Origin: a virus
Direction: 5' to 3' (one strand)
DNA length: 49,399 nt
Virus record (IMG/VR): IMGVR_UViG_3300041402_000217
Span: 1-49,399 of that record
Within the stretch, counting starts at the first letter, position 1. Each line of letters opens with the position of its first letter. The notes beneath the pieces were generated by a model. It saw only the letters and a program-made list of their open reading frames with translations, did no database searches and was not told where the DNA came from. Positions 34,751-42,010 of the stretch are shown here, in pieces. The translations under genes and the position numbers were made by a program.

Positions 34751-34908
34751 TTTGGCCTCCAGAATTTCGGACTTCGCTGCCACCACTTGCGTTTTTTGTA
34801 CTGTGGGCAGTTGACCGCAGTTTCATAGTCTATTTTGTATCCAACATGATACGCTGCGGCATATCCAAAGCAAATATTTCTCCAATAACAATCTTCGCAA
34901 TCTTTCAT
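34747..34908 (-). CDS. Small Cys/Trp-rich protein, 53 aa
   Basis: Hand translation MKDCEDCYWRNICFGYAAAYHVGYKIDYETAVNCPQYKKRKWWQRSPKFWRPK. Starts 1 nt after the upstream stop. ATGA overlap downstream. Confidence 0.4.
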   Translation of the reverse strand: MKDCEDCYWRNICFGYAAAYHVGYKIDYETAVNCPQYKKRKWWQRSPKFWRPK

Positions 34909-34909
34909 T

Positions 34910-35188
34910 TTACACCTCAAATAACGTTTCTTTTTGTTTTATGCGGGATACACGAACCATCCGCCCCATAGGGCCTCTAATCCTGTTACATTCTTCAAGT
35001 GCGCCCATCTTGACTAACTCCCCAATTCTGGGGTCAACCCGGTTAATCTCCCATCGTAATTGTTTGGCGGCCTGCCTGTCAGTCATCTTTACTCCGCCAC
35101 ACGATAAAAACGCCTGCAAAACCTCTTTCTGCCTTTCGGTCAGATTCAGTTCGGCATAAGCGGCGAGGCTGTTTTCGTGCATGGTCAT
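34910..35188 (-). CDS. Winged-helix DNA-binding protein (putative transcriptional regulator)
   Basis: 92 aa. ...LTERQKEVLQAFLSCGGVKMTDRQAAKQLRWEINRVDPRIGELVKMGAL is MarR/wHTH-like. Confidence 0.5.
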   Translation of the reverse strand: MTMHENSLAAYAELNLTERQKEVLQAFLSCGGVKMTDRQAAKQLRWEINRVDPRIGELVKMGALEECNRIRGPMGRMVRVSRIKQKETLFEV

Positions 35189-35207
35189 TGCTTTTCCTCT
35201 TGCAGGG

Positions 35208-35468
35208 CTAGGATTCTAATTGCCTTAAACAGCGGGTGCAATAATCGTGGTTTATTACGTTGCCGCAACTGCACTTTTTGTCCGCCGCTTCCCGTAGCAG
35301 CTTGCTCTCGGCTTGGGCCTTGCACCAATACACGAAAGCCTTGTGCCGTGTCTCGTAACCATCAGGCTCACACATTGTTCTTGGCATATCTTTGCCGGGC
35401 GGCCAAATATCCGTTTCTGTTCGGAAAAGGCTTGCTTTCTGCTCAAATTCTTCATTTATATCCATCAT
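35208..35468 (-). CDS. Hypothetical protein
   Basis: 86-aa ORF. Confidence 0.4.
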   Translation of the reverse strand: MMDINEEFEQKASLFRTETDIWPPGKDMPRTMCEPDGYETRHKAFVYWCKAQAESKLLREAADKKCSCGNVINHDYCTRCLRQLES

Positions 35469-35538
35469 AACTTCCTTTTCATATAGGCGGCGGCTTCGTC
35501 CGTTTGCGACACCCGCCGCCGCCCGGAGGGGAGAAAAC

Positions 35539-35763
35539 TTAGTCTATTTCGTTTACATCGTCACATTCACAGTCCATTACAAAACAATGCGTCAGCTTGT
35601 CATCGCCATCTGTTTCGAGAGAAATGCGTTGGCCGTCAAGTTTGCCGCCTGGCACATGCCTTAGGTATTCCTTTACTTTAATTTCCGCCTCGCCCTCAGT
35701 TTGTGCCGTGACCTCAAAATCCATTGTCATTTGTACGCCTGCTCTCACTTCAAACTTTGCCAT
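35539..35763 (-). CDS. Hypothetical acidic protein
   Basis: 74-aa ORF with GGAGA upstream. Confidence 0.4.
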   Translation of the reverse strand: MAKFEVRAGVQMTMDFEVTAQTEGEAEIKVKEYLRHVPGGKLDGQRISLETDGDDKLTHCFVMDCECDDVNEID

Positions 35764-35886
35764 TTCATTATCTCCTGTCTAAGTTAATTCTTGCTTTCAA
35801 ACTCTGTCATTGTAATATTGGGCGGCAACCAACCGCGCTCATCTTGAGAAGCTGCCGCCCGCCAATCCGTGCCGGCCTCCCTGCCG

Positions 35887-36336
35887 CTAAACTGTCGGTC
35901 TCTTTGCCTTAATTGCTTCTTCGTTCATGCCCAAATTAACACAAGCAAACTCCACAACGTTGTCTATGAATCGGATTGTTTCATGCTTGCCACACTCACT
36001 GAGCCGTAAATGCTTGCCCTCAGACCCCACATGACCGCACAGGGCCGTCAGTAGTTCATGTGTGGCCGTTTCGTTCGTTGGTATCTCTCTGGATAGCCCG
36101 CGTGCTCTCACGGTGATTGTGTGGCCCTCGGCGATAAGCTGACGATTTATCTCTGGAACAAGACATGCCCAATAATAGCCAAGCTGTTCGGCGGTTTTCG
36201 GGTCTTCGTGTTTGCCGAGTATCTCAAACTTAGCCCTGAACCACGAATTGACGTTTCTCCTCGACCATTTACCAAATAAGTCCGGCCTGAGAAACGTCAA
36301 CTTCTTATCCATTATTCTTCCGTCATACGTAGGCAT
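35887..36336 (-). CDS. NinB/Orf-like recombination mediator (tentative)
   Basis: 149 aa. The internal MDKKLTF... start and QLGYYWACLVPEI pattern recall lambda NinB (MKKLTFEI..., QNRKLWACLGDV). Adjacent to the SSB-like gene. Confidence 0.4.
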   Translation of the reverse strand: MPTYDGRIMDKKLTFLRPDLFGKWSRRNVNSWFRAKFEILGKHEDPKTAEQLGYYWACLVPEINRQLIAEGHTITVRARGLSREIPTNETATHELLTALCGHVGSEGKHLRLSECGKHETIRFIDNVVEFACVNLGMNEEAIKAKRPTV

Positions 36337-36782
36337 TAGAAAGGTATCCCGTCTTGGTCAACTTGCGGCTCTCCGCCCGAAGCCTTGTTGTAATCTACTT
36401 GCTGGCTTGGGGTTGGTTTAGTCGTGGGCTGCGGCGCGTTCGGCTGTGGCATAAGCACTCGAATACCGCCAGTCAACTTGCCGCCAAAAGACACCGACTT
36501 GTCGTTGAACAGAGTAATCTTGAACCCAATCCAGTCATCAAAATCATCCTTGCCAGTCATTGCTGCAATACGCTGGCCGTTGGTGTTGTTCAAAACCAGC
36601 GGTTTTTCCACTTCCTTGAACATCAGAACATACTTCATCTTAGTTGGTTGTGATTCCAGCGATACATCCACATTGTCCCAACCCGCAATAGTTACTTCTA
36701 CAGCGGGGTCTGTGTCTTCCTTGGTCAAAAACTTACTGTCTTTTAAGTCATGTACATTTGCCATTTCCTTGTCCCTTTCCAT
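36336..36782 (-). CDS. SSB-like protein with a C-terminal acidic ...DQDGIPF tail
   Basis: 148 aa. The tail resembles the bacterial SSB DDDIPF partner-binding tip, preceded by a Pro/Gln-rich linker. Alternative start at ATG 36764. Confidence 0.5.
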   Translation of the reverse strand: MERDKEMANVHDLKDSKFLTKEDTDPAVEVTIAGWDNVDVSLESQPTKMKYVLMFKEVEKPLVLNNTNGQRIAAMTGKDDFDDWIGFKITLFNDKSVSFGGKLTGGIRVLMPQPNAPQPTTKPTPSQQVDYNKASGGEPQVDQDGIPF

Positions 36783-37062
36783 AATAGTCTCTGTACTGTT
36801 TAGTTTTACCCACTATTGCGGGCTTGAGGGAATGTCCCTCTAATTTCCCGTCCTTACATCTTAATTTCCAATGCTGAACCTGGCCCTCGTCGTCTACGCC
36901 AATAAAGCCCTCCTCGTCCCTGGCCTTGTTCACAATCACGTATTCGCCAGAGCTGTCACTTATCGTTACCATCTGCTCCCCAAGGCACGGCCTCCACGCT
37001 GAGACTACCTCTACTACTACTTCTTTCCAGAACTTTGAATTGTAACAGTCTTTGATACTCAT
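36748..37062 (-). CDS. Hypothetical protein
   Basis: 104-aa ORF. Confidence 0.4.
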   Translation of the reverse strand: MSIKDCYNSKFWKEVVVEVVSAWRPCLGEQMVTISDSSGEYVIVNKARDEEGFIGVDDEGQVQHWKLRCKDGKLEGHSLKPAIVGKTKQYRDYYGKGQGNGKCT

Positions 37063-37208
37063 TGTTCCGGCTCCGCCTCCAAGTCCACGCCCTCGGCGAT
37101 AACTATTTCCTGGTCTGTTTCGGGCAACATCTTGCGATTGCCCCAGTTTATTCGTATCTTCGCCATCTCTAACTCCACGGCGGTCATGTTGTCAAGTATA
37201 TATCTCAT
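37059..37208 (-). CDS. Small hypothetical protein, 49 aa
   Basis: Internal ATG 37208 of the track ORF 37059-37367, ATGA-coupled to the stop of 37205-37408. Confidence 0.35.
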   Translation of the reverse strand: MRYILDNMTAVELEMAKIRINWGNRKMLPETDQEIVIAEGVDLEAEPEQ

Positions 37209-37408
37209 TCTTTGGCCTCGAATTCGCGCAGTCTGTGTAGCGTTATGGGCCAAAATGTTAATTCGTATAAGCCATCTGTCAACGAAATTGAGCCTCGCAT
37301 TTTCGCAAGCCTGTCCGTGTAAATCGCTAAAACAGTAAAGGCTACAATCAGCCACAATAAATAACAAAGCAGCAACAATAATATGAACAATCCTATCAGC
37401 TCTTTCAT
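37205..37408 (-). CDS. Small membrane protein
   Basis: 67 aa. The TM stretch is LIGLFILLLLLCYLLWLIVAFTVLAIY. ATGA overlap with the upstream stop. Confidence 0.5.
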   Translation of the reverse strand: MKELIGLFILLLLLCYLLWLIVAFTVLAIYTDRLAKMRGSISLTDGLYELTFWPITLHRLREFEAKE

Positions 37409-37434
37409 TCGTCTATCTCCTGTTCTTCTGGTTC
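37404..37434. repeat. 31-nt gene-junction repeat, copy 1
   Basis: ttcattcgtctatctcctgttcttctggttc matches 37676-37706 at 29 of 31 positions. Confidence 0.8.
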
Positions 37435-37680
37435 TGTGTCTTTCTGGAACGCTATTAAGGCTTTCGTATATTCATCTTTTTTGCTCTCGTCCCAGTTAGT
37501 GCTTGGCAATACCTGCCCTCCGGGGTGAAATTCAGGGTCGGGGATTCGGATAATGTCGGCTTCGACTAAATCCAACAATGCCGCTACACCGCCCGTGTCC
37601 TCAAGGATTTGGCTGGGGTAGAACTTTCTTAAAAACTCCAACGCCGTCTTTCTCACACAAGTCGCAAATCTAACCTTCAT
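37405..37680 (-). CDS. Hypothetical acidic protein
   Basis: 91-aa ORF ending ...EPEEQEIDE. Confidence 0.45.
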   Translation of the reverse strand: MKVRFATCVRKTALEFLRKFYPSQILEDTGGVAALLDLVEADIIRIPDPEFHPGGQVLPSTNWDESKKDEYTKALIAFQKDTEPEEQEIDE

Positions 37681-37706
37681 TCTTCTGTCTCCTGTTCTTC
37701 TGGTTC
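37676..37706. repeat. 31-nt gene-junction repeat, copy 2 (orphan 3' end EPEEQETEE* plus the ATG of the next gene)
   Basis: ttcattcttctgtctcctgttcttctggttc. The upstream reading frame is closed after 19 codons by a TAG. Confidence 0.8.
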
Positions 37707-37781
37707 AATATAATTTATTATTGCTTTGCGGTTCACCTATACACCGCAAGGTTTATTTCTTTTGTCCCTAATTATGGGTCA

Positions 37782-37813
37782 CTGAATACTTGACTAATTG
37801 CAAGACTATACTG
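37782..37813. repeat. About 30-nt repeat ACTGA-N3-CTTGACT-N-ATTGCAAGA, copy 1 (intergenic)
   Basis: Matches 37884-37915, which encodes the C-terminus of the 118-aa protein. Confidence 0.6.
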
Positions 37814-37866
37814 CTCTTTTCGGGGATTCTTTGGAAAGGCATCTGCTTATAGCGTAGCCTTAAATG

Positions 37867-38223
37867 TTACCCTACTTGTCGAGACTGACTGCTTGACTGA
37901 TTGCAAGAATTACTTCTGCCATTTTCAGGACTGTCTGTTTCTTGTGCATCAGATTCTCCTTTCTTCTTAAATCCGTTACAGTTCTCTAACCATACGGGGT
38001 CGAAATTGTACGGCCAATTAAACCAGCCGCTCCGTATGCCGTGAGCATTCCCACGAATATCTAAATAATTTTCCATTATAATAGTAGGAACTCTACCAAC
38101 ACTTCCCAACATGCCCATTATCTCACCTATTGAGGTTTTTTCTATGCTCGGATGCTCGCAGCACGAAGAGGCAGAGCCAGCACAACCACCCCTGTATTCA
38201 CATTCGTAACAATTTGCTTCCAT
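37867..38223 (-). CDS. Cys-rich hypothetical protein
   Basis: 118 aa. N-terminal CYECEYRGGCAGSASSCCEHP. Confidence 0.45.
   Translation of the reverse strand: MEANCYECEYRGGCAGSASSCCEHPSIEKTSIGEIMGMLGSVGRVPTIIMENYLDIRGNAHGIRSGWFNWPYNFDPVWLENCNGFKKKGESDAQETDSPENGRSNSCNQSSSQSRQVG
37884..37915. repeat. About 30-nt repeat, copy 2 (inside the 3' end of CDS 37867-38223)
   Basis: cttgactgattgcaaga compared with cttgactaattgcaaga at 37789-37805. Confidence 0.6.
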
Positions 38224-38332
38224 TTTCGTCTTCCTCTATTTTAGGTTCAAAAGCGGCCCGCCGCCGTAAGCCCACTGTCTTGCCAGTATGGCGTATGTGA
38301 AACTACCACGTTATACCTGCTGCACGGGCCGC

Positions 38333-38569
38333 TCATTCTATTACCTCTATCGTTATCTTGACCTTGTTTTTCTGGCCGGGGCGTATATTGAGTCGGAATA
38401 ATTTGCTGAATTGTTTTGAACAAAAGTTTTCCAAAGAATCACAATCCCAACAGTTGCCCACCCTGGCCGGTTCGTCTCTCGACAGGTCAAAAGTGGGCTT
38501 TCTGTAGGAGGAACTATACCTGTCTCTGCTAATCCACAACACCCTTGATTTTTTTATCTTCTGTTTCAT
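38333..38569 (-). CDS. Hypothetical basic protein
   Basis: 78-aa ORF with ATGA overlap to the upstream gene. Confidence 0.4.
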   Translation of the reverse strand: MKQKIKKSRVLWISRDRYSSSYRKPTFDLSRDEPARVGNCWDCDSLENFCSKQFSKLFRLNIRPGQKNKVKITIEVIE

Positions 38570-38931
38570 TGCGCCGCCGCCTTTCGCTTGGCCGTGGCGA
38601 TGAGCCTGCCAAATTCACGATGGAATGTTATCGCAATATCCAGTTCCAACTCGGCGAGTAAGCAATCCTTGTTTTCGTCTTGGGTGTAAATATCTATGCC
38701 GTAATCAGTCACGTTGGCGCAAATCGCCCTTCCGTGCATTGCAGAGATATTAAGATAGTCCAGCGGCTCGGCCTGGGCAGCGAGGGCGGCGAAGATGTTA
38801 AAATCTGCCTCAATATTGTAATCCCCATGCCTCAATACAGGCTTGTCAAGGGCTGATAACTCGGACTGGGCCTTGCTTAGGGCTTCTTGCAGGCCATCAA
38901 CTGTCTTTTGGAGTTGGTCTTTGGTTTTCAT
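38566..38931 (-). CDS. Hypothetical protein with an N-terminal coiled-coil module
   Basis: Start placed at ATG 38931 (MKTKDQLQKTVDGLQEALSKAQSEL). This module is paralogous to aa 124-150 of the upstream gene. Confidence 0.45.
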   Translation of the reverse strand: MKTKDQLQKTVDGLQEALSKAQSELSALDKPVLRHGDYNIEADFNIFAALAAQAEPLDYLNISAMHGRAICANVTDYGIDIYTQDENKDCLLAELELDIAITFHREFGRLIATAKRKAAAQ

Positions 38932-39611
38932 TCTCGTTTCCCTTTCTGGCGGTTCCAATAGCGACGAAACTCGCCTTTGCCGCTGGAACAAATCACGTCA
39001 AATTCCTTGGCGGTGATGCTGTGTCGGTCTTCAACTTGCCTTGGGTCTGTCCACCTTCCGCCATCCCCAAGATTGATTAAATTGACCTTTCCGCAATCGA
39101 CATGAATCATTATGTACTTGCTCTCGCATCTCTTAAACCTATCCCCAATCGAATAAGTCACTTCCGCCTCGGCCAACTCACTCTGGGCCTTGTCGAGGGC
39201 TTTCTGTAAATCCTTGACTGTTTTTTGTAATTTCTGTTTCTTGTCCATGCTCTTGTCTCCTGAATAAAGATTTGCTTTGATTTGTTTCAGGCGGTCGAGT
39301 AGCGCGGTCTCGGCCTTGATGAAGGCTTTGTGGTTGCCGTCCTGACAGCTTTGAAGTGCCTCTTGGTACAATGACGAGGAAACAAAGCAATCGACGCCAC
39401 TTTTTCCCAACGGGCACGCCTTGCAACCGCCATTATTCTTCTGGTTGTAGTACCAACACAAGCCACATAAAGCCTCGGCCAACGGGTCTTGTCCAGCCAA
39501 CTGCTTTTCCGTCGCGTCCACATTCTGCTGGTGGTGCTCGATTGATATATCAAGCGCCCGTTCCGGTGTAGTCGCCGCCTCTCTTACTTGTTCTTTTGTT
39601 AGCCATTTCAT
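38928..39611 (-). CDS. Hypothetical two-part protein (Cys-rich N-terminal half plus a coiled-coil/beta C-terminal half)
   Basis: 227 aa. CGLCWYYNQKNNGGCKACPLGKSGVDC in the N-terminal half. An internal ATG (MDKKQKLQKTVKDLQKALDKAQSEL) is preceded by AGGAGA. Confidence 0.5.
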   Translation of the reverse strand: MKWLTKEQVREAATTPERALDISIEHHQQNVDATEKQLAGQDPLAEALCGLCWYYNQKNNGGCKACPLGKSGVDCFVSSSLYQEALQSCQDGNHKAFIKAETALLDRLKQIKANLYSGDKSMDKKQKLQKTVKDLQKALDKAQSELAEAEVTYSIGDRFKRCESKYIMIHVDCGKVNLINLGDGGRWTDPRQVEDRHSITAKEFDVICSSGKGEFRRYWNRQKGKRE

Positions 39612-39670
39612 AATTATTCTCCATTAAGGCTTAGAGCTTATTTCTTTGTACTTCGCTATCGCCCCGGCCT

Positions 39671-39853
39671 TCAACATAGTCCATTCAGTTGCACCGGACT
39701 GCTCCCATATATGACACATGGGGCTGAAATACACAAATTGCAAAAGAATCGAATATTCCAATTAAACCCACCAATAGGCACATCAAAACAACTCCATACG
39801 CCAAAGACGGTTATACAACCAAAAAAGATAATCGCAAAAGTTTTCATGTTCAT
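39671..39853 (-). CDS. Possible small membrane/secreted peptide
   Basis: 60 aa, MNMKTFAIIFFGCITVFGVWS.... Lies downstream of tRNA-Glu. Odd composition. Confidence 0.3.
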   Translation of the reverse strand: MNMKTFAIIFFGCITVFGVWSCFDVPIGGFNWNIRFFCNLCISAPCVIYGSSPVQLNGLC

Positions 39854-39881
39854 TTACTCCCGTATTAAGTTAATAAAACAC

Positions 39882-39953
39882 TAACCCTGCCCGGAATCGA
39901 ACCGAGGCCAACGGACTGAAAATCCGTTATGCTAGCCGCTACACCACAGGGCC
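39882..39953 (-). tRNA. tRNA-Glu (anticodon UUC)
   Basis: Hand-folded reverse complement GGCCCTG TG GTGT AGCGGCTA GCAT A ACGGA TTTTCAG TCCGT TGGC CTCGG TTCGATT CCGGG CAGGGTT A. Two G-U pairs at the acceptor end. Confidence 0.65.
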
Positions 39954-39962
39954 AACCGTACC

Positions 39963-40310
39963 TTAAAGCAATTCCTTTAATGCACGTACTACACCCACAA
40001 ATAACGCATCTTTCACTTTCTGTTCAGCAGGCAAGTCTTCATAAGGCACGCAACAGGGGTGTTCTTTCTTTTCAGGGTCTTTGACTTCGCCGTACACCCA
40101 CCCATCGGCCGCTTTTTCTTTCAGCCAATTCTCATGCGAGCCGGAACAACCGGCGTCAGGATTGTCAATGTGGAATTGAACGCCATTTATGGCGCTTTTC
40201 CTTTGCCAAGTCGGAGCAGCTTGCCAGGGAGGCTGGCTTAAATCACCCTGCGTCAAACAATAAATCCTGTTCGTTCCGTGTGCTACCCATGCAATTTCTT
40301 CAATCTTCAT
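39963..40310 (-). CDS. RyR-domain protein
   Basis: 115 aa. SHENWLKEKAADGWVYGEVKDPEKKEHPCCVPYEDLPAEQKVKD matches the ryanodine-receptor RyR repeat pattern seen in phages. Confidence 0.6.
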   Translation of the reverse strand: MKIEEIAWVAHGTNRIYCLTQGDLSQPPWQAAPTWQRKSAINGVQFHIDNPDAGCSGSHENWLKEKAADGWVYGEVKDPEKKEHPCCVPYEDLPAEQKVKDALFVGVVRALKELL

Positions 40311-40334
40311 TCTTGTTCTCCTAAAAAAAAGTTA

Positions 40335-40823
40335 TCATTTGTCAGGAAAGTTCAAACAAGCGAACTCTCCATGCAATAATTTTGCTAATTTGTCGTATTC
40401 TCTTGCCGCTGATGCTTCTCGATAATAACGGCCCAAATAATGCTTCACGTTGTTGGCAGATATATTAACCACCCAAGCACCGTTTGTCCAAGTGAGGCCC
40501 TTGTATTTACTTGTAGGTCGCTTACCCTTGTAAAGAGATTTTGTGCGATTCCAAAGATTCTTGGGCGGATTACATGTTCTCAGATTGCTTTTTTGGTTAT
40601 TCAGGCCATTTCTGTCAATATGGTCTATATTCATGCCTTTCGGGACTTCTGTAACCAACCTGTGCATCCTTTGCGTAAATATCTTGTCTCTTATCCTGTA
40701 ACAAGAAACAGCGTAATATGTATTTCTCGCTTTTACAGCACTCCATTTGATAGACCGCATCCGCTGGTAATCCTCGTCGTCAACTAATGCGAACTTGCCC
40801 TGCGTGAGTGGTATTTTTTTCAT
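40335..40823 (-). CDS. HNH homing endonuclease with a C-terminal AP2 DNA-binding domain
   Basis: The track ORF starts at TTG 40964; ATG 40823 gives MKKIPLTQGKFALVDDEDY...MHRLV...IDHIDRNGLNNQKSNLR...YKGLTW...WVVNI...YLGRY..EASAAREYD..A..LHGEFACLNFP. Confidence 0.8.
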   Translation of the reverse strand: MKKIPLTQGKFALVDDEDYQRMRSIKWSAVKARNTYYAVSCYRIRDKIFTQRMHRLVTEVPKGMNIDHIDRNGLNNQKSNLRTCNPPKNLWNRTKSLYKGKRPTSKYKGLTWTNGAWVVNISANNVKHYLGRYYREASAAREYDKLAKLLHGEFACLNFPDK

Positions 40824-41082
40824 AATAGAGACCTGCCGAATACAAAAAGAGGGTATGCTACTACAATCAAGAGGTATCCGGCAGGTAGAGGGTGAGCTGC
40901 GTTGAATTTCAGGGCAATCACGATTGTAGTAGCATTTATATTCATGCTTACAATCGTAACACAAAACGCGCAGAAGTCAAATTAAATCTGGCGATTCAGC
41001 GAAAATAGTTGATATTAGCCCAAAAACGAAGCGAATTCTTAAAAAAAATTCGGGCTTAATTTCGGGGTTTGTAAAGTTCTAC

Positions 41083-41122
41083 GAAAAAAGAAGTAAAATG
41101 GGCCGCCAAAATGACGACCCAT
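41083..41122 (-). terminator. Intrinsic terminator at the end of the late (structural) block
   Basis: Minus strand ATGGGTCG-(9 nt)-CGGCCCAT followed by TTTACTTCTTTTTT. Lies 46 nt after the stop of the last late gene. Confidence 0.55.
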
Positions 41123-41168
41123 TCGGAGGAGGGTAATGAAAACTGCACACTTTTAATCTTGTATTTGC

Positions 41169-41372
41169 TTATGTATTCTCAAAATCCTCAACAAATTCTT
41201 CGGCTTCCTTTCGTATGGCCTTGGCGCGTTCGATGTTCTTATCAATCCGGTCTTTGAGTTCGCCGCCTTTTTTTATAATATCCGCCAAATCAGACTCAAG
41301 GCATAGCGCACGGCGCAATAATCCTTGCATCTTTTCCTGCTTTTCCTCAAATGGACGTTTGGTTGCATCCAT
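41169..41372 (-). CDS. Small coiled-coil protein
   Basis: 67-aa ORF. Its ATG shares base 41372 with the stop of the upstream ORF. Confidence 0.45.
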   Translation of the reverse strand: MDATKRPFEEKQEKMQGLLRRALCLESDLADIIKKGGELKDRIDKNIERAKAIRKEAEEFVEDFENT

Positions 41373-41572
41373 TATTCCCCTTTTACCGTCCTTAATATTT
41401 CTTTTACATCGCCTTTTATCTCCGTGATGTCCTCTTTGATATTCGCCACCTCTGTTTCGGTTACGGCAATTCTCACCATAGCCTTTGTGTATCCGGTTAT
41501 GCCACTGACCAACAATCCCACTAACGCGATTATTGTTACTATTATCTTCCAGTTCCCGTTCTTCTTTGCCAT
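41372..41572 (-). CDS. Small membrane-anchored coiled-coil protein (holin/spanin-like candidate)
   Basis: 66 aa. The TM segment is WKIIVTIIALVGLLVSGITGY, followed by a charged helix. Confidence 0.45.
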   Translation of the reverse strand: MAKKNGNWKIIVTIIALVGLLVSGITGYTKAMVRIAVTETEVANIKEDITEIKGDVKEILRTVKGE

Positions 41573-41582
41573 AGTTACTCCC

Positions 41583-41816
41583 TTATGGTTGCTTCTCTTT
41601 TTTCAAGATGTCCAATTCCTGTAATGCTCTACCGAGCCGGGCTATTGACTGCTGTACCTGGATATGTACTTGCCTTTCCAGCGGCGCTAAACCTGATACG
41701 CGGTCAAGTAACTGCAAGTCCTGTTGCGGCGTCGGTCCCAGTTTCGGCGCCGCCTTCCGTTCGATAGTCTTTGCCAAGTTCTGTCTCGCCTTCACTTTTT
41801 TTCGATCCTTTGCCAT
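41583..41816 (-). CDS. Small basic hypothetical protein
   Basis: 77-aa ORF. Confidence 0.4.
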   Translation of the reverse strand: MAKDRKKVKARQNLAKTIERKAAPKLGPTPQQDLQLLDRVSGLAPLERQVHIQVQQSIARLGRALQELDILKKEKQP

Positions 41817-41833
41817 TTTTCACTTCTCCATTA

Positions 41834-42010
41834 AGAGGTTATTATCGCTTCAACTGCCTCGAGCCTTACATTCTGTTCGCCAAGGTCTGCCTGCAACGTG
41901 TCTATCATCTTCTGCTTTTTAGCTCCGTCAGCCTCCAAAGCAGCGACTTCTGCCTGTAGTTTATCTACGGCCCCAGGCTTGACCCTTCGGGTTATTACTT
42001 CAGTTTTCAT
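41834..42010 (-). CDS. Small coiled-coil protein, 58 aa
   Basis: Hand translation MKTEVITRRVKPGAVDKLQAEVAALEADGAKKQKMIDTLQADLGEQNVRLEAVEAIITS. ATGA overlap with the upstream stop. Confidence 0.45.

Noticed and set aside
39178-39553. Alternative-frame ORFs 39178-39426 and 39287-39553
   Set aside because: They are embedded in the better-supported 227-aa ORF, which is the one that overlaps the start of the next gene (38928-38931).
40965-41082. Sigma-70-like early promoter (for example TTGACT-N16-TACGAT near 40950-40980)
   Set aside because: The matches are weak, the host is unknown and the promoter consensus may differ. This cannot be supported without transcript mapping.
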